From Paragordius varius (taxonomy: Eukaryota; Animalia; Nematomorpha): a stretch of DNA of 64,000 bases. This document shows, piece after piece, positions 40,257 to 52,200 of this stretch (positions are counted from its first letter, which is position 1; each line of letters opens with the position of its first letter). The stretch spans positions 5,704,001-5,768,000 of the forward strand of contig OZ176052.1 in assembly GCA_964247055.1 (NCBI GenBank). The letters run 5' to 3'. The notes below the pieces were generated by a model. It saw nothing but the letters and a program-made list of their open reading frames with translations. It was not told the DNA's origin and ran no database searches. Both the position numbers and the translations under genes were made by a program.

Positions 40257-43200
40257 ATTGTCAACTTTTAAATTATTTTAACGTTCTATTATAATGAAAA
40301 AATAGTTAAATATCAGTTTTTAAATGACAACACCATTTAACAACCTTTATAAAACACCGACTTTATATAATCGATAACTATTTTGATATCTGGTAACCAT
40401 TTATACTACTTATTTTACAAAATAATTCAAACATAGTTACACAAAATGGTTATCCGACAGAACAACCCATTTCAACAACCAAAGTTTCCGATCAAGAATC
40501 CCCCCTTAGTGAAGATGAATTATTTGATCATACTGATGAAAGGTCTCAGCGGCAAGCCCTTTTAACACAACAACACAGAATTAGTGATGACCAACATGGT
40601 ATTGCTAAACAGCCAATACATCAACAACAAGATAGCAGGGATGAATGTAATTTTTTTATTAAGCTTTTTATAGGTGTGGAAAAAAAATGTGAAGCTTTGG
40701 GTTTATTTTATGTACCCGATTCTGGTTAAGCTGTTTAAAGATCTTTGTGAAATGTTTCATTGTAATTTTTTCATCTAACTATGTTTGGTTTCTTCCCTTT
40801 TTTTATTTACAGATGGCCTGATTTTAAACAATGTGATGAATTTAAAAAAACTTTTAAATTGGTGAATATTAATGCTACTTTACTTTTAGAAAATAACATA
40901 AACCAAATTGAATTAGCAAATAAGGTTGACATATGTGTAATAAATCATTTCAAAAACGTTAGACAAATAATCTAATATTCTAAGTGTTTCCACATAAAAA
41001 AGCGATTAAATTTGGATACAGCCATGTAAGGTTATAAATGTCAAACATACGTTTTTAATTGATTTTACTTTGTTTTTAATTGTTTACAATAAATAGGCTA
41101 TTATTATTTTAAAGCTTAAAAATCCGCATGTTTAAAGTTGACATATCAAACATCATAACAATTCAAAACAAAGTAAAATCAATTAAAAACGTTTTGACAA
41201 TTCTAAACATACATGACTGTATAATATATTACTTATTATTTCTTAGTGGAACAAAAAACTGCAATTTTTGCGGGCGAAAGAAGACAAAAACATGGCTATG
41301 AAGACGAAGAGGTAGAGGCATATGAAATTGTTGAATCCAAACCTTCCATTGAAGAACAAAACAGAGGAGCTGATTACCTTGCGCAATTGTATCCCGATCC
41401 TAGTATGTCTTAATTTCTTAATTTTTTATAAAAAAAATGTGAAATTAAAGCCGGAATAAGTAAAACTTTTTTTCGAAACAGTTCACGGTGTTAGAAAACC
41501 CTTTTTAACAGGGGTATAAATCATATTGTTTTCTATTTGAATTAAACTATTATCGTATATATATGGTAAATTCTATTTAGCATATATAAATTACATTTTA
41601 TAATGTGGTTATAATAAAATCTGTATTTTTAAATGTGCATTTAAAACCTAAACTATTTTTGGCACAATTATTCATAACTGAATTTATTTTTAGCTTCTTT
41701 GTTTTCAAAAATGTGAAACCACCGTTTCGGTTCTAATTCTTAATGTATTTTAGATAAACTTGATTTTTTTCGTATGTTCAGTTTTTTTCAACATATGCTT
41801 TTTGAATATAGCAACGTTAGCTTATGCACGCAAATGGATGCCTTTATTGATGGAACAAAGGGAGCTATTTGGCGCAGATATTGATCCAGGTTAAATTTAT
41901 TTCCCTTTTAATTTTTACGCAAAAAGAATCTAAAAAATGTTTAAATGATCAGCTGAATATCGAAAATATGGGTATCAATCCTATATTTGTTTTACCTTTA
42001 CAGTAAATTAAAAAATAAATATGCGTAATAAAGAAGACTGTCATGATTTTATAACTATATTATTTGATTTTTAATATGTTTATATAGCAACCTATATGAC
42101 TACGGTTGTAAAATAAGGAGTTGGGACACAAATTATTACATTTCAAACCTGTATACTATCCAAAAATTTAAGATAAAAAAATACGTTTTAGCAATGTTGA
42201 ACTCAATTTTAAAGTCTACGACCAATATTATAGCTAAATTTTGCGTTTACATTTTTTTAATGGTATAATTTAAATTTTTACATTATTTTCCTCCTTGAAT
42301 AATAAAACCAAAAAACTATTTTATTTATATAATTAAACTAACTACTTATAGAAAACATTGAAATCATTGTTACCGAATTCGATAAATTTAAGCCTGGCGG
42401 AGGCCTAGGGATTAGTTTAGAGGGAACGGTTGACGTACAAGAAGATGGAACCGAAACACATCCACATCATTACATAAGGTCCATTTTGCCAGATGGCCCA
42501 TTAGGACTTGATGGAAAGCTACAGGGTGGGGATGAATTACTTGAGGTATAAAATAGAATATATGTGCCTTTTTTCTTTTCGGTTTCTAGATGTTTTTGCG
42601 GTTGATATATACCATTTGCACTTCAAGAGTGTCCTTAAAACACTCTAAGTTGGTCCTACATTTCAAGTTGGTCCTTTGACTTTTTTGTTTTGTTTTTAAC
42701 TTTTATCAATCAAATCGTAATACTCTATTTTATTGTTTTTAACCTATTTTCTAAGACTTTGTTGGCCACCCTTTATTTTCATATTGAATTTTTATTTTTT
42801 TTGTTATGCATTTTTGTTTCGTCCTTCTTATTTGTTTTTGCTCCTTTTTTATTTCGGCTTACTGAATTCGAACCAAAGAATTTATGCAAAATCGATGAAA
42901 CCCGTGAAAATGGGTCTATTTTGACCGAATTATATGCTTAGAGAACAAAAGATAATATATTAATAATTGAATATAAGGAATAAATTTATTGATGAAAATA
43001 AAATGGTTTAAATCAATATGGATATAAATATTTGATCTTTGTGAGATTTTGATACAATAACAGAATTGTCTCCAATATCCTAAAAAAATTTATCATGTTA
43101 TGCTTTACAAAATCTTATTATATGAACACTTGTCTATTATAAAAGGTAAATGGTATCATTCTGTATGGCAAAAATCATCGTGAAGTTGTAAGGGCCCTGA

Positions 43201-46200
43201 AAGAAACACCCTTAAGGGTGAGAGTTGTTTGTGCCAGATATAAGGGCATAGATGATACTTTGGATGGGGCTGCCGATATTCCTGAATCTTATATTGAGTA
43301 ACTTTTTTTGATATAATTAATTTTTTGGTAAAGAGAACTTTTCATTAGATATGGGTGTGATTGATTTTGAATGCATTCATGATTCATGACCGTTTTATAA
43401 CCGGTGGGTTTGTCTGGATTTGTTTATCATATGATGCGAAAAATTATTTTATAATATCAAAATACAAGAAGATGCAGTTTTTTAATAATTTATTACTTTA
43501 TTAATAATTTAAAATATATTAACTAATGTTTTATCAGCTCTTTACACATTATACTTATTTGCGATCATTTTTGATTATTCTCATGACTAATAACCCGTTC
43601 GACTGGTTATATTTCTACCATTTCGAAACCCAACCCTAATTTAATATATCTCATCTATTTATTTTATATCAACATTAAACATTAGGATAAAACGTAAAAA
43701 TATATATTTTTTTCCAAATATTGCTCTCCGTTTTTAAACTTGATTTATATAAACATAAAAAATCATTGGAATCGTAAAGTATGATATGGAGATGTGTATT
43801 GATAACACAATTATGTATTTTATTTACAATTGTGATAATTCAATAATTTATATAGGAAAAATAAAGGTTAAAAAAGTGTGTTATTGGTTTTGAAAACAGA
43901 TTAGTCTCTATATTATAATTTTTTTTACACTATTAGTTCATCACAACCAACCACACGGTTATCATCCAATTTTCCAGGAACAGGAATAGCAATGCGTGAA
44001 GAATCTTCCGTAAGTCCCCCCTCATATTTTGGGACTACTCTGGTACCCAATATGTTTGATGGTGTGAGTCTTGATAGACCATTTACACCGGATGAATTAT
44101 TAGGTAGCTTTTTGTATGTTTTGAGTATAATCTTTTTTTAAATAAAGTAAAGATTTTAATAAGGAGTGATGGTATAGTAGTAGGGCGCCGGACTCTAACA
44201 TTGCGTGCCAGAGTTCGAACCCCGAACTACGCAATTTTTTTATCAGCACTGTCAGCCCTGGCGGGCGAGTGTTAAAGCTTTTACATGTCCGGATACAATT
44301 TAATCCTTACTTTTTAATAAAAAAAGGATAAATGAGACTTTAAACTGTATATTTAAAATAAAGTAAAATTTATTTTAAATACGAATAACGAAATAAAGTG
44401 ATATAGATTCATTATTGAAGTAAATAATAATATTAAATAGTTTAAATTATAATTTTTCTCTAAAAAACTTTAAATATAGCTTGAGTTTACGTTCATCATA
44501 AAATATAATGATATGTATGGAATTAAATAGGACATTTATGATATAAATCATAAATAGCTTATCTATTCATCTTTTAATAATAAAGCAGCCAAGAGATATG
44601 AAGTACCACCCAGTTATCATCCTGAAAGCCAGCTTAGTTTTGATTCATCTGATAAGAGTGGATTTAAGAAGGGAAAAGCTCCACATCCTGAGCCTTCGCA
44701 TGTTTTGCCCACTCCTAAAGCAGAAGGTATGACCTTAATATTTCGGTTTTTAATTCATTAATTTTTTGTTTCATCTCAAATTGTTCTACCTATATATTGT
44801 GAAAATATTTCAACTCCAAGAGATTAATGTATTACAAATAATATATTTATATTTTGGACAAACAATTATTGGGTCCTAATTATTTTTTTTCTATACAAAA
44901 ATAATGTATATGGATGACCATTTTTTGCTCTAATTTTTTGACATTTTGATTCGCTTTTATATCATATTAAAGTTAAAATCAACAACAAAATAAAAAAGCC
45001 ACGGTACGATCTAAAATAATGGTAATAACGCGTGAAATTATACAATTTCAATCGAAGTTACTGTTGAAATCGATTAAAGCTCTATTGTTATATACTGTAT
45101 TCGGGAAGCAAGTGTTAAAAAATTTTCTATTTAAGTCTTACCCTTTAATATAAAAGGAAAAAAGAGATATTTAACTGTATATTTATATATTCTTAAGACT
45201 TTACCCGATAGCTTTAATAGCATTTAATTAAATATTTAAAGGGACACGCATGTTTAAAGCTAAATCTGAAAGCGCTATATCACTCGAAAAACCCAGTAAC
45301 ATGCCAAAAAGTCAAGATGAATTTGGAGCGCTCAATGAAACCGGCGCCGCCACTCTTATGGACACGAAATCGAGGTCAAAATCGTTGGAACCGCTAAGGG
45401 GTTTAGCTGTATGGTCACATGAACCGCTAATAGTCGATCTTATAAAAACGGAACGAGGATTAGGGTTTAGCATCCTAGATTATCAGGTATTCATTAAACA
45501 TTAGATAATTTGGAGAAAACCTTAATTTTGTTTGAAAATTTTGTTTTGTTTTTTTAAGTTTCATTTAAAATATTATGAGATAGTATGCCAATTATTTATC
45601 TTATTAAAACGGAACGAGGATTTGGGTTTAGCATCCTTAATTACTACCAGGTTGGTATTTGTTAATCATTAGGCAGTGAAAGTAATTGTGTACTCTGTTT
45701 ATGTTTTTAAGTTTAATTATTCAAAACATTACAAAAGTAGATATACTAATGTTCCAAAAACATTTTTTATTCTTTTGTTAAAGTTTATATTACTGATGAC
45801 AAATAAATAGCTAATTTTATAATTTCCCATCATTAAATTTGTATAACCTTATTGGAATGAATATCTTTAATTTAAGTAAGAATTTAATGTTTAACATTAA
45901 TTACCATTTATTATAAATAATATAATTTTACATTTGTATCCATTGATCTTTCTTTAAGGATCCGACGGACCCTGAGCACACAGTGATTGTGATACGAAGC
46001 TTGGTTCCAGGCGGTCAAGCCCAACTTGAAGGTACTATCGAACCCGGAGATCGTCTTCTATTTGTTAATGAAACACCTATGACAGGTAGTTTTATTGAGC
46101 GATCAAATTTAATGCTTTTATGTAGGGATTCAAACCGCGGAACCGTTTTAGAACCAAGAAAACATATTTTAAAATATATAAATAATTTAAATTGTAGAGA

Positions 46201-49200
46201 CAACAATATAAACGTTATTTATTCTTATTATTTTTTTTTTTGGGGGGGGGGGGGGGGGGGTAAACAGCATAAAACAAAGTTGCTTAGTTTTTATGCATAC
46301 ATTTATGTGCATGTTATCCACATTGCCACAAAATAATAGGCTATCGTTTAAAAACGAAACGATGTGTGAAACCGTAACTTAAAACTATTTCGATTCCTAT
46401 TCTTATGTTTCTAGTTTTTTATAACAAAACTTTTTATTTTTTATCTGGAAATATTAGGTTTGATGTTGGATTCTGCCGTCATGGTACTTAAACATGCGCC
46501 CCGAGGACCCATTCGAATAGGCATTTGTAAACCAATCCCATTGGAACAACACACCCCCTTAGCTCCGCCTAAAACTACTATCATAGCACATGGTGTAGGG
46601 ATTATGGATAATAAAATAGCTGAATTTGATGGGAAAATTCCAGTATGTATTCTTTCTTTAAAAATTTATTCGTTTTTGTGGCATTTTTTAAATTGAATAA
46701 CTCACAAATACTTGTTTTTTTATAGAGAAAATTTATTGTTTTAAAGCAATTTTTAATTAACATTGAATAGTTTGAAGAAAGCAACCGTAGTCAAGACGAA
46801 ACATTGATTAGGACAGAGAGGCCGTTATCACCTTTCATGAAACCTGAAGAATTATTTACACAGGTAACAGACAGTATTTAATTTTCAAAAAATTAATAAT
46901 AAAAATTATAAATTTTTTATATGCTAAAATATTTATATTTATTGCTTATATATATATATATATATATATATTCTTAGCAATATCCTTTGGCAATAGAAGA
47001 CGAACATATATTGGCTCTTGAAGATCAGAAGGTAGATAACTATCTAAAATTTCATATTTAACAACAATTTATTTTATTATAATTTTATTTGTATTTTACG
47101 ATATATTCATTGCAACACGTATTTTAATCAGAAATCCATAGCAAACTAGTATTTCTTTCTAAAAATAAATCCCCTCTCTAATTATTAAATTTTCTACATA
47201 TATTCACACTTTTATATTTTTAAATTTATGTCTAATATATATAAAACTAATAAAACAACGATTAAATTTCATTTTACAGATCCCTTCCCTTACAGCCGGT
47301 AACATTCCAACTTTGGCCATTCCACCAAGCCCTACACCAAAGTTCCTAACAACTTCACAAACACAGTAAGAACAAAAATTAATTTTTACAATCATTCTTA
47401 AAATGGTAGGCTAAAAAAAATTTTTAATAAAAAATACCTATAATAAATTTGATTTTCATCAACTGCTTCAATTCAACTATTTATATAAATGACATTTTGA
47501 AACAACATGGGTAGAAAATTATAAATTTTTATTACTGATTACAAATGTTATTATGAATATATTTAATTTGAATTTTTTGCTTAATAAAAGTTATTTGCGT
47601 TAACAACATTTTATAAAATTCAAACTAAAACTTTTTTATGAAATTATTTTATGACATTTTATGTTTAGTACAAAAAATATTTGAATATAATCATTTTATC
47701 TTTGTCGTGTAATATTCATTTTATGTAGTTTTTTGAACCAAGATTTATTTATGTATATGAATTATATCAATAACTTGTATATAAAGGGTTAAATTTTTAA
47801 TTGATAAGGATTATTTTTAATTGAAAAATATTCATTTTTTATTACTTTACATACGAGTTATTGATATGAGTCACATTTTTTGTTTACAATTTTTAAGTAC
47901 TACACCCCAATCATTATCACAAATGGAACAACAATTTTCTCCTACTACTATGATAAGTCCTTCCCCGCAAATCCCAACCCGCAAAAGATCTAGAGCGACA
48001 ACTGGTCACACATCACCCATAATTAATGAGGCCGAATTAACTCAACAAATTGTTATTCCGCCTTTACCACATGCCCTTGAACGCAACATTAAATTGCGTA
48101 AGGGGTTACAACCGCTTGGTAAGTTTTTTTTAAAATTTGTTTTATAATAATGATAATCTTAAGGGTATAGCGCATTGTGATGTTATTTAGAAGTTGGAAG
48201 TATAATAGTTAGCTAAAATGGAATTAATACTTTTCACATCTTGAATAAACGCAATGAAATAATATTTATTAATATCTGCTACCATTTATTCAAATATCTT
48301 GTTACAAAATTATTATTATTATGGTATATTCACTCTTTTAGAAGCCTGGTTTTTTAAATTTAACAATCATATATTTTTGCATTCTACCGATTCCCGACAA
48401 CCGCATATATTTTATAACTTTTCGACTATAATTTTATATTTTTTTAAAAAATAAAGACTTTAGATAATAAACGATACATGTTAATTTAAACATAATTATA
48501 AAAATACTTGAATCCGATTTACAGCTTATGAAAAAAATTATGTGAATTTTTTTATAATTCATTTTCTAAATATTTTTTTGATATCATTGAAGGTTTGACT
48601 CTTGAAAGTGAAGACATTGGTGCCAATGGGTGTGTCGTTTCATCCATAAGCATGGATAGTCCACTTCGAAAGGACGGACGCATAAAAGTGGGCGATTATT
48701 TGACATCACTCAACAATGAAAGTTTGCGGTATGTTACACAAGCTCAAGCCAAGAGCATTTTATCACGCTTAGCATTAGTGAGTGGAGATATCAGGTTTGT
48801 ATTGCAACCTTAACATATACGAGACTATATTGTGTAAAGTTTGGTTTTCTATACATGTGCGGAATTTATATTTGATTTTTGTTTTTGTGGTTGTTGTTTT
48901 ACAAATGTTTGAGCGTATTTAAAATTTATTTACAAACATATCCAAAGATTTCTTTTATCAGTTTAAGTACGATTTATTTACATTATACTACCTTACTAAA
49001 ATTTAAATGCAAGTTTTGCATATTTATATGTCTCTCATTTTGCTCTGTATTAGTGTAAATTACATTCCATCTGACGATGCTGCGATACACAATCAATCAG
49101 CCATTCTCGCTATGCAACAAGATAATTCTTCCAACAATACGCCCACGCCTTCCAGAATTTCGGATAAAGAGTTTGAAATTTCATAAAACATTTCTGTTAA

Positions 49201-52200
49201 AGCATGTGGTAACCATCCTGTCTATTGTCTGATTAATGTGCTTTTCTTGAATAATCCTTTTTTGTGTTTGTGAATTCATGCATGAATTTTTGCTTATAAT
49301 TTATTTGTAACTTTTAAATATTATATATAATGCACGACACGACAATATTATCTAATTTTACTTTATTTTATTTTAAGACTCAAATTTTTAATCCATTTCA
49401 TTAAATTAAGATAATATTCTATTTATAATCTCTGCACCACCCATTTAATTATTATAGTTCTTAGCGAAATAAATTCAACTTATTTATATTTTATGTAACT
49501 TTGTTGTTTATATTTGTATATTATCAAAATATATATGAAACATTTTTTTGAAACTGTAAAAATCATTAAAACTACAAGGCCTATTAGTTGATTGAGATAA
49601 ATGTTTAGTAATAATAATTATTTCTGGGTATGAATGTTTTGTATAGAATATGGGAAGTTTTTAATATAAATGCTAGATTTTGTTCTTTTTCATATCTGTG
49701 ACAGCATGTAACTATTCTATCTAATTAATTTGTGTTTTGTCTTTTAGCAATGTTTGTTGTGCCCAAAAAAATTTAATTATCCACATAGTATATAAAATCA
49801 CTCTATTTTTGGACAGGATTAGTCCTGCGGTAAGTTTTGCAAATTTGACTTCAACCGTTGGCTTTGTGGATAAAATGATGTCGGATTTGCGACAAAATAT
49901 CAATGATAGCTTGAAAAATAAAATTATTGAGACAAATTTACCCTCAGTTATTGAGGATATAGAAAAGGGTCATCCCACTGAAATATATTCTGAGGAGACT
50001 ATCGCTATCCCATCTATTCAGCAAATACCTCAAAATATTGATTTGGATTCTTTGCGTGACAAAGTATCATCATTGACACCATCCCTATCGATGAAGGAAC
50101 AACCACAACAAACGATAAAACCAAATGAAAAATTACAAATTGAGGAAATAGAACAACTCCCTTCTACCAATGTATCTTCTATAATTTCTAAACCAATGTT
50201 GCCTGATACAAATAGTCAACAACCAGTAAAAACTGTTATGCATGCGTTGAGACCAACCGATTTAGGTTTGGGTGATATGAAAGATGAACAACAATATGTT
50301 CAAGAAGATAATAGATGGAGTCCACCACGATATGTTGAATTGACGAAAGACGATAACCAAAGTTATGGTACGTTTCAATTTTGAGGATATACATATTAAA
50401 TTTTATTTAATCATTAATTGAATAAAATATGACATGTGATAGATAGTAATTGATTGTATATGGATTTTTAGGATTAAGCATAGTGGGAGGAACGATTGAA
50501 AGTGATCTTAATCCAGATTTTGACAAACCCGTAGCAGGGATATTTATTAAAAATGTTTTTCCAAACGGACCCGCCTTTAAGAATGGGCAATTGAAAACGG
50601 GAGATCGCATTTTAGAAATAAATAGTTACAAAGTTAATAATTCAAGCTTGGAGGAGGCTGTCAAAATTATCCGGGAATCCAAAAACAGTGTCCGTTTTCT
50701 CATACAAAGTCTAATGGGTTCAGATATGGTAAAATAACTCATATTTTCTTATTTATGTTGTTTCTCAATAGTAAATAGTTTATTTACCGCTTAATCATAT
50801 TACATATGTTGATTATTCAATAGATACCGTATACCTTTACATTTACTCCCAAAAAAACGGATACAATAAGCCAATTATCTGCAGTGTCTCCCGTACCTTA
50901 TATGGCTGGACTGTCGAAATCTGCAATACTAACAACGGCTGCAACAACGCCACCTTCTTATGTGTCAGCAGAAACCAAACAGTCTAAACCCAGTGAAGTA
51001 TCCATTCAACCTTTACCGAAATTGGAAACGTCATCGGTTCCTATTATCACCAATAAAGACTTCCTGCATCCTTCTTTAAGCACCAGTGCTCAAGATTTTA
51101 CCCAGATATCTTCGATTTATACAACACCAATAGCAAGTACTTTAGTTTCTACCACTATTAATGCTAGTATTGCTCCTTCTCAGGTAACAAGAATGGAAGA
51201 AATGTTTCAAAATAAGTCTATGATATCCGTTGCAACTTCTCCTATCACTCTGATGGACCAACCGTTAGTATTTACTTCAACGACAACCAGTCAGGTGCTT
51301 TCTGCTACTTGCAGAGTTGATTCTATGGTTAGTAGTGTTTACACCTCCTATACGCCCGCTGTCACTAAACACTTAAATCTCACGATGTCAAAACCATTTC
51401 ATACTGACATCCTACCCCGGACCTCAATATCTTCCATTGAATCACCATCATCAACATCTCTAAGTTCATCAACTATTTCCTCGTTTGCCGAAAAATCTTT
51501 GATAAGCCCGGTTAAAGTCAATTACAAAACAGTGGATCAGTTGAAAAAAGAATTTTTTTCTGAACAGCAACTGATTGACAAATTTCATATGCCATCCATA
51601 TCAGAACAACAAACTACTTTACCCCAACAACAATATGATCCAAATTTCCATATAATACCTCTAACAAATCAACAAATTCATGCGCACTCTAAAGCATTTA
51701 CCTCACATCCTTACCTGGGGCAGCCCTCACCGTATGCTCCACAACGAGGTCGGTTCTCTTTGGGAGTTTCAACCTTGCCTTATCGTTCAGGTGTTGGAGG
51801 AAGACTCTCTATGGGTTTACCCTCATCATCAACTTTGTATCATCAACAGCCACTATCACAACACTCCTTAGCTCGACCCCAGGTTGAAGTTTTACTTGGT
51901 GGTCAACCGACCTTTAAACCATTCACGATCCCTAAACATCGACGGTACTCTGACATGCCGCCACAAATGGGACCACAAGATGTGAGTCAAAAACAATCGC
52001 AGAAACTACTTTTCAAGCATGCTTTGTCAGGCCCTGTACCCTATCACACATCTATACCTTCGTCTTCGATTCCCAAATTTCAACCATTAGTTCAACAACA
52101 ACAGCAATCACCCATATTTATAGCTGATGTTCATAATGTAATTCCCACCACAACATGTATCCCTCCTCCCAGACGTTACAGTAAACTCGAAAGAGTTACG

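Noticed and set aside
44186-44205. CT-CTA-AC looks like an anticodon loop with CUA (amber suppressor or Pyl tRNA)
   Set aside because: The flanking CCGGA and ATTGC do not pair and the acceptor stem is broken, so it is not a foldable tRNA.
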